A DNA stretch of 37,412 bases. Origin: a virus. Its lineage: Duplodnaviria > Caudoviricetes. The DNA lies in IMG/VR virus record IMGVR_UViG_3300030397_000219, positions 1 to 37,412 of that record. The stretch is one strand, 5' to 3'. Under the pieces are notes generated by a model. It was not told the origin of the DNA. It did not search any database and saw only the letters and a program-made list of their open reading frames with translations. Position numbers and translations under genes: made by a program. Of the stretch, positions 32,863 to 37,412 are shown piece after piece. Position 1 is the first letter of the stretch, and each line of letters begins with the position of its first letter.

Positions 32863-35171
32863 TACGAGGTTAGTTGTTGTAGTTTACCATTAGGAAGTCG
32901 TGTGTCTGCAAGGCGCGCACGTGCAATGATACAAGCCGCCCCGTCTGGAGTAGGCGTCTCTGAAGATGTGCCAAGGTACAGTTTTGTGGGCGCATTCATT
33001 GGATCAGCAACAGCGCCTGAAGTGACCAGAGTGCCTCCATTACAGCACGAGGCTGCGCCGCCTGATGCCCAAGCAGATGCGACTTTATTCAAAACACGCA
33101 GTCCGGAACTTGTTGTGTCATGACTGTATTGTGTTTGCCATGCTTGAGTCTGCCCTGTGTCGTGATACTGAACGGTTCGAATCGTAGTTGCGCCAAAGCT
33201 TCGCATATACATGTCACCGTAAGACCGCACAGCTTCGCTAATTGTAGCTAGGGTGCCACTAGCACCAGTATTAGATGCTAACGGGATGACATCAAGGAGC
33301 AATGTTCCTTCTGGCGCAGTGATAAGTCCTGTAATATCAGTATTGTAATAATCAGAAGCACGTGTAACAGTTGCAGAAGTTGTAGGAATGAACGAAGTCC
33401 ACGTGCCTCCATCAGTTTGACAAGAAGGAAATGCAAAGGTTCCCCCAAGATTTGTGTTGCCTGCGTAGTTGGTATTGAAGGTTGTGTTATTTTCTGCAAA
33501 CGACAGCGCTAGGCGGTAGTTTGACTGCCCACTCGGTATCGAAAAACGAATACGGAACCATCCATCTTCGACAGCAATAATCGACAGATTTTGAACAACG
33601 GAACCGTTTGTAGTCGTTATAGTAAGTGCATCTGTGTCGATGTGAATTTGAACTCCCGTATAGGCGGTGTCGTAAAAGTTTAGGTAGGGACGTCCATCGG
33701 GCTTGTAGTAGACTTCAAAGTACTTGGAGGCAGCTAAACCAGTCAGGTTTTGTCGGTCTCTATGAATACCTGTGCTTGACGTCTCTTTCCAATTAGGCCA
33801 ACTGTAACCGCGAAACGTCGTGGAACCATCTTGACTAATTGAGTCTTGTGTCCACTCACTTGTGTCAGTAAGGTCTGTATTGTATAGAAGCTGTTCAGTC
33901 GCCTCAGGCTCACGTAAGTAACCAAGACATACGCCTGCATCAGCGTCGGCTTCGGCAATTAGTGCATTAAGCTGTTCGTTGTTACCGTCGCCAATCCAAG
34001 TGCTTGGCCCGACTGTAGCACCGTGCCAGCAAGTTACGACTACTGGCTCGCCTTCTACAACTACAATCACCGGCGAACCCGAGTCGCCGGAAATGATACC
34101 TTCGTTATGCGAACCGCGCATTGAAGTCAGGTCACTGTTTGCTAGGATATAAGGTGAGCGAGAAGTAGCGTACGCACCGTTGTATACATGCAGGCGTTTC
34201 TGTCCAGTAACCATTACCCCTACCGGATACTCACCGCCCCAAAAATTGTCAGCATAAGTAGCCACAGGAGACCCGACAATTGACAGGCTTGTTTCTCTGA
34301 ACTGGTTTGTGCTGATTGCCAGCCCTCCACCATAATAGATATCCTGTGACACTCGAGTAGTTAGCCAGTCATTACCGACCTTCATAGGGTTGCACCCTGC
34401 AACATCAACGTCCAGCGTCAGCACTCGCTGGTCAACTGTCCCATATGCGTTACTCTTACCTACCCAAGTTGCCTCAACAACTAAACCACCTGCGGTCAGA
34501 AATCTAAACTTTTCGTTCTCGTTGGGTGTATAGTGTGTTGCAATCAGTACGTGCCTGGGTGTAATCAACGTTCCGCCGCGTTCAGTTGTCCACGAATTGG
34601 GTCCCTGCCACAAAACTTGGGAACCAATCGCAAACGCAGACAGATCGACATCCCGTGCCCAACAATCTGGATTCTTAACGAAGGAACTCGTCAGATGGTC
34701 GAACGTTGAAAAATACAGCATGTCCCGCTTGGTCAGATCCGAGTCAATTAACGATTTGATTTGATCTGACAAATAAGCTGAAACTGTTCCTGGCGTATAT
34801 TCAGTGAACCGAAAGACGGTTCCTGGGCCTCTGTGCGAGCAGTCAAAAACTCTACGGGTCTTGATTCCGTTCCGACTAAATTCAAGTTGTCCAATACCGT
34901 CCGCAGCTCGACGCAATACGTTATTGTCAATCTGTGCAAAGCTTGGATTAAGGTTCTCGATGTTTACGTTCGGCAACGTAACAATCTCATAGTCGTTGTA
35001 CGTCTGCGACCCCGTAACATCCAATCCGTCCGAGTCGTAGAATGTCGCAGGCACTGAAGACTCCTCTGCCACCTGGGCAATCGGCGTCAAGTCGCCAAGA
35101 CTTCGCAACTCTTGCAGCTCACGTTGCCGCAGATTTCGGTCTTGTTCAGTATCCTGTACCAAAGTAATCAT
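32862..35171 (-). CDS. Fibre/spike protein with a trypsin-like serine protease domain and a C-terminal lectin-like fibre domain
   Basis: GGTLITPRHVLIATHY, VDQRVLTL and GDSGSPV. TSFIPTTSATVTRASD is typical of phage fibre domains. Confidence 0.75.
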   Translation of the reverse strand: MITLVQDTEQDRNLRQRELQELRSLGDLTPIAQVAEESSVPATFYDSDGLDVTGSQTYNDYEIVTLPNVNIENLNPSFAQIDNNVLRRAADGIGQLEFSRNGIKTRRVFDCSHRGPGTVFRFTEYTPGTVSAYLSDQIKSLIDSDLTKRDMLYFSTFDHLTSSFVKNPDCWARDVDLSAFAIGSQVLWQGPNSWTTERGGTLITPRHVLIATHYTPNENEKFRFLTAGGLVVEATWVGKSNAYGTVDQRVLTLDVDVAGCNPMKVGNDWLTTRVSQDIYYGGGLAISTNQFRETSLSIVGSPVATYADNFWGGEYPVGVMVTGQKRLHVYNGAYATSRSPYILANSDLTSMRGSHNEGIISGDSGSPVIVVVEGEPVVVTCWHGATVGPSTWIGDGNNEQLNALIAEADADAGVCLGYLREPEATEQLLYNTDLTDTSEWTQDSISQDGSTTFRGYSWPNWKETSSTGIHRDRQNLTGLAASKYFEVYYKPDGRPYLNFYDTAYTGVQIHIDTDALTITTTNGSVVQNLSIIAVEDGWFRIRFSIPSGQSNYRLALSFAENNTTFNTNYAGNTNLGGTFAFPSCQTDGGTWTSFIPTTSATVTRASDYYNTDITGLITAPEGTLLLDVIPLASNTGASGTLATISEAVRSYGDMYMRSFGATTIRTVQYHDTGQTQAWQTQYSHDTTSSGLRVLNKVASAWASGGAASCCNGGTLVTSGAVADPMNAPTKLYLGTSSETPTPDGAACIIARARLADTRLPNGKLQQLTS

Positions 35172-35374
35172 GGTAAGTCAATCGCAAAGTCTGCCATCAC
35201 GTTAATCCCTCCTTGGAAGTCGATGCTTCGCTCTATCACCATGACGAACTCAAAGAACGGCGTAAGTCGTAAGAACTCAAGCACTTGTTGCAGACTAGTG
35301 CCAGTAGCCTTACCGCCAGTTTGCTGGCGGACCACAAGCTGGCTGATTGCAGTTCCGTGAGTATTAGGGTCCAT
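35168..35374 (-). CDS. Small structural protein (68 aa), paralogous at the N-terminus to the upstream gene
   Basis: MDPNTHGTAI...TGGK. TAATG and ATGA overlaps. Start reassigned to ATG 35374. Confidence 0.65.
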   Translation of the reverse strand: MDPNTHGTAISQLVVRQQTGGKATGTSLQQVLEFLRLTPFFEFVMVIERSIDFQGGINVMADFAIDLP

Positions 35375-35799
35375 TATGCGAAGTTTTTGAACTCCCTTCC
35401 ATACCAAGCGACTCCGTCGCAGTAGAACTCAAAAATATCTACTGCATCAGCTGACCCAGTTACAGCTCCTTCAGTCCCTCCGGGCCACTTAAACGAATTT
35501 GGAAAGTAGATAGTTCCCGTCCCGGCTGGGCCCTGAGTAGTGATAATTCTAAAGAACCCGCCCTTCGCCAAAACTGGCTGCGGTGTGTTCACAATCGCCT
35601 CTTCTCCATCAACTAGTTGCAAATGAAAAGTGTGCCCGTCCACCAAATTTACATCCAACTCATCATTCCCGTCATGCACACCACGCCCACCATCAAGCGC
35701 CTGCTGCAACTGCAAACGATTAAGTCCTTCAGACTTACCACCAGTCTCACGACGACCAAGAATCTCGACAATAGCACTTCCATGTATATTTGGTTCCAT
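35374..35799 (-). CDS. Short fibre/decoration protein (141 aa)
   Basis: C-terminal TQGPAGTGTIYFPNSFKWPGG...AVDIFEFYCDG..WYG resembles a common phage fibre tip domain. Confidence 0.65.
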   Translation of the reverse strand: MEPNIHGSAIVEILGRRETGGKSEGLNRLQLQQALDGGRGVHDGNDELDVNLVDGHTFHLQLVDGEEAIVNTPQPVLAKGGFFRIITTQGPAGTGTIYFPNSFKWPGGTEGAVTGSADAVDIFEFYCDGVAWYGREFKNFA

Positions 35800-36357
35800 A
35801 ACAAACGAATTTAATTATTTAATTGCACTTGACGATGCGATCTCCTTCAGGCGGCTTGATTTCAAGTGACGGGCGTGTCCTCATGCGTGGACTATAAAAG
35901 AAGTCGGCGGAGCGGTCAAGCGGAAATTTCCATATTTGGCATTTGGTACTTCCATTTGCCACCTGCCGCATCAGGCGGTTTCGCTTTTGTCCACTCCCGC
36001 CCTCCGACTCTTAGCCTCCCGATTCCCACAACTCAAAGTTAGTTTTGAAATATTGCGTGGGTGATAATATCCCCAAGGCCACGGGCTGAGGGGAAGGGTA
36101 CCCCTCAAAGAAAACAGGATGGCAGGCGCGGCCATTCCGAACTAGGGTGAAGGGAGGAACTGCCCCACTTGCCCCGGCTGGGATGCTGGGATCACGAGCG
36201 GAATCGGTGACCTAGCTTCGATTGATCTTTGACATTCCCTGAAGTTGACCTGAGCGAACGGATGCGTCCCGCGCCACGAAGGTTGGAAGGCACTAGAGTT
36301 ACTGAGTTGGAACGGCTGGTCGGCTCTTAAATCCTAATTGATAGAAAGAATTGACCA
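35800..36357. promoter_or_regulatory. Divergent non-coding control region
   Basis: 558 bp between divergent arms, containing hairpins (TGAGGGG/CCCCTCA 36087-36107) and a boxA-like element at 36223-36234. Confidence 0.6.
35809..35823. repeat. ATTWAATWATTWAAT motif, copy 8
   Basis: ATTTAATTATTTAAT, 9 nt upstream of the first late-arm gene. Confidence 0.9.
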
Positions 36358-36789
36358 ATGAATGTTACAAGTATCCAAAAGGTGTATCGTGACCAGAAAG
36401 TTACGGTCCACGTTCCTGCAACCCTTGATGACCTGTTGGAATTGGTTCCAGCGGAAAACATTAAGGAATGCTATTTGAACTATGTCATGCCGCGCTCAGT
36501 CGGCTCCCAATTCGACGGAGAGAATCCGAAGAATCCAGAGGAAGTTGACTTGACCAAGCCCGGTGCTATGCCCGCATACAAGTCGGGCACCCGCTCAAGC
36601 AAGTATCCATTCAAGGCAGTGTTTATGAATCAGGCCCGCGTGGCTCTGGTGAACGCTGGCAAGATTGAGAAACTCAAGCTCGAAGAATACGATCAGGATG
36701 GCGACGACTTTGCGAAGATCGTCACCGTCGCTGAACATCTGGACGAAGCTGATCGTCAGGCCAAAAAAGGTCTGGCCGATCTGGTCTAA
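36358..36789 (+). CDS. Hypothetical early protein (143 aa)
   Basis: First ORF of the rightward unit, followed by short hairpins. Confidence 0.75.
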   Translation: MNVTSIQKVYRDQKVTVHVPATLDDLLELVPAENIKECYLNYVMPRSVGSQFDGENPKNPEEVDLTKPGAMPAYKSGTRSSKYPFKAVFMNQARVALVNAGKIEKLKLEEYDQDGDDFAKIVTVAEHLDEADRQAKKGLADLV

Positions 36790-36837
36790 TCAGACCACCC
36801 GACCAGCCATTCCAGCTTAGTAACGCTGGGTCTAGAC

Positions 36838-37014
36838 ATGAAAACCATACTCAACATCATTAGAAAAGGTGAGCCGACTGAACGCCACGTCATCAAGCGG
36901 CATTGGATTGTTTCAGTCGAAAGAACCGGGGTTCATATTTCTCGTCCGGGACAACCCGGCGATACGTATGAAATGACTCCAAACGACAAAGTCCTAATCA
37001 CCACCGAGCCATGA
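36838..37014 (+). CDS. Hypothetical protein (58 aa), absent from the ORF track
   Basis: MKTILNIIRKGEPTERHVIKRHWIVSVERTGVHISRPGQPGDTYEMTPNDKVLITTEP, with ATGA overlap to the next ORF. Confidence 0.6.
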   Translation: MKTILNIIRKGEPTERHVIKRHWIVSVERTGVHISRPGQPGDTYEMTPNDKVLITTEP

Positions 37015-37214
37015 CTAAGTCAGCATGGGACAAGGTGACAGCGAATGGACTATTCGCCAGACCCGAACGGAAGAATTGGGCTTGGGACAAAGACGCTGAG
37101 CGGCGTCAGACCAAGATCAACAACGAAGCCGAACGAGAACGTCGGCTTGCGCAGGAAATGAAAGAGAAGGCCCTACAAGACCACGTCTTCAGTGACCTAA
37201 TCGAATCTCTGTAA
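37011..37214 (+). CDS. Hypothetical protein (67 aa)
   Basis: Charged helical ORF before the terminator. Confidence 0.6.
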   Translation: MTKSAWDKVTANGLFARPERKNWAWDKDAERRQTKINNEAERERRLAQEMKEKALQDHVFSDLIESL

Positions 37215-37223
37215 CTCTCAAAC

Positions 37224-37270
37224 AGCCGCCCGGACGGATTTAATTATTTAATTCGTCTTGGCGGCTTTTT
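37224..37270 (+). terminator. Rho-independent terminator-like hairpin
   Basis: AGCCGCC...GGCGGCT stem extended by GACG/CGTC and followed by a T run. Confidence 0.7.
37238..37252. repeat. ATTWAATWATTWAAT motif, copy 9
   Basis: ATTTAATTATTTAAT at the apex of the terminator hairpin. Confidence 0.9.
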
Positions 37271-37412
37271 GTCGTCTCCGAGAGAAGGCGGAGAGATTTA
37301 CGGTACGATGCGTGTCGACAGAATTTAATTTTTCTACTTTTGACCCTAAGGTATCTTGATTATCAAGAGATGTTAACCATCCCAGTCCCTTAACCGATCG
37401 TGACTGGGAAAC

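Noticed and set aside
36045-36070. Sigma70 promoter TTGAAA ... GATAAT/TAATAT
   Set aside because: The spacing of 12-14 bp is too short for a confident call.

Overview
The window is most of a ~37 kb tailed dsDNA phage genome (podovirus-like), with no integrase, RNA polymerase, tRNA or CRISPR array visible. The + strand arm (303-12880) holds recombination and replication genes: PD-(D/E)XK nuclease, Sak4-like ATPase, DEDDh exonuclease, SSB-like protein, MazG, ParB-methyltransferase fusion, UDG-PolA fusion, ATP-dependent ligase and DUF3987-type helicase. No primase is recognisable. The - strand arm (35799 to 12744) holds fibres, lysis genes, terminase, portal, scaffold, capsid, tail and a 1995-aa ejection-type protein. 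A divergent control region and early genes occupy 35800-37412. Main observation: a 15-bp A/T-only quasi-palindrome, ATTWAATWATTWAAT, recurs nine times (seven exact copies, two at 13/15) every 1.4-6.2 kb. At these copies the + strand appears to switch from C-rich to G-rich regardless of coding strand, giving a sawtooth GC skew; one copy lies inside a gene. With a divergent PolA active site and no primase, this suggests (inference) a multi-site strand-displacement replication or nicking system. Other highlights: a fibre carrying a trypsin-like protease triad, a possible UGA readthrough adding an acidic tail to the SSB, and an N-terminal peptide shared by the polymerase and the nuclease. All calls come from reading motifs by eye; no searches were run.
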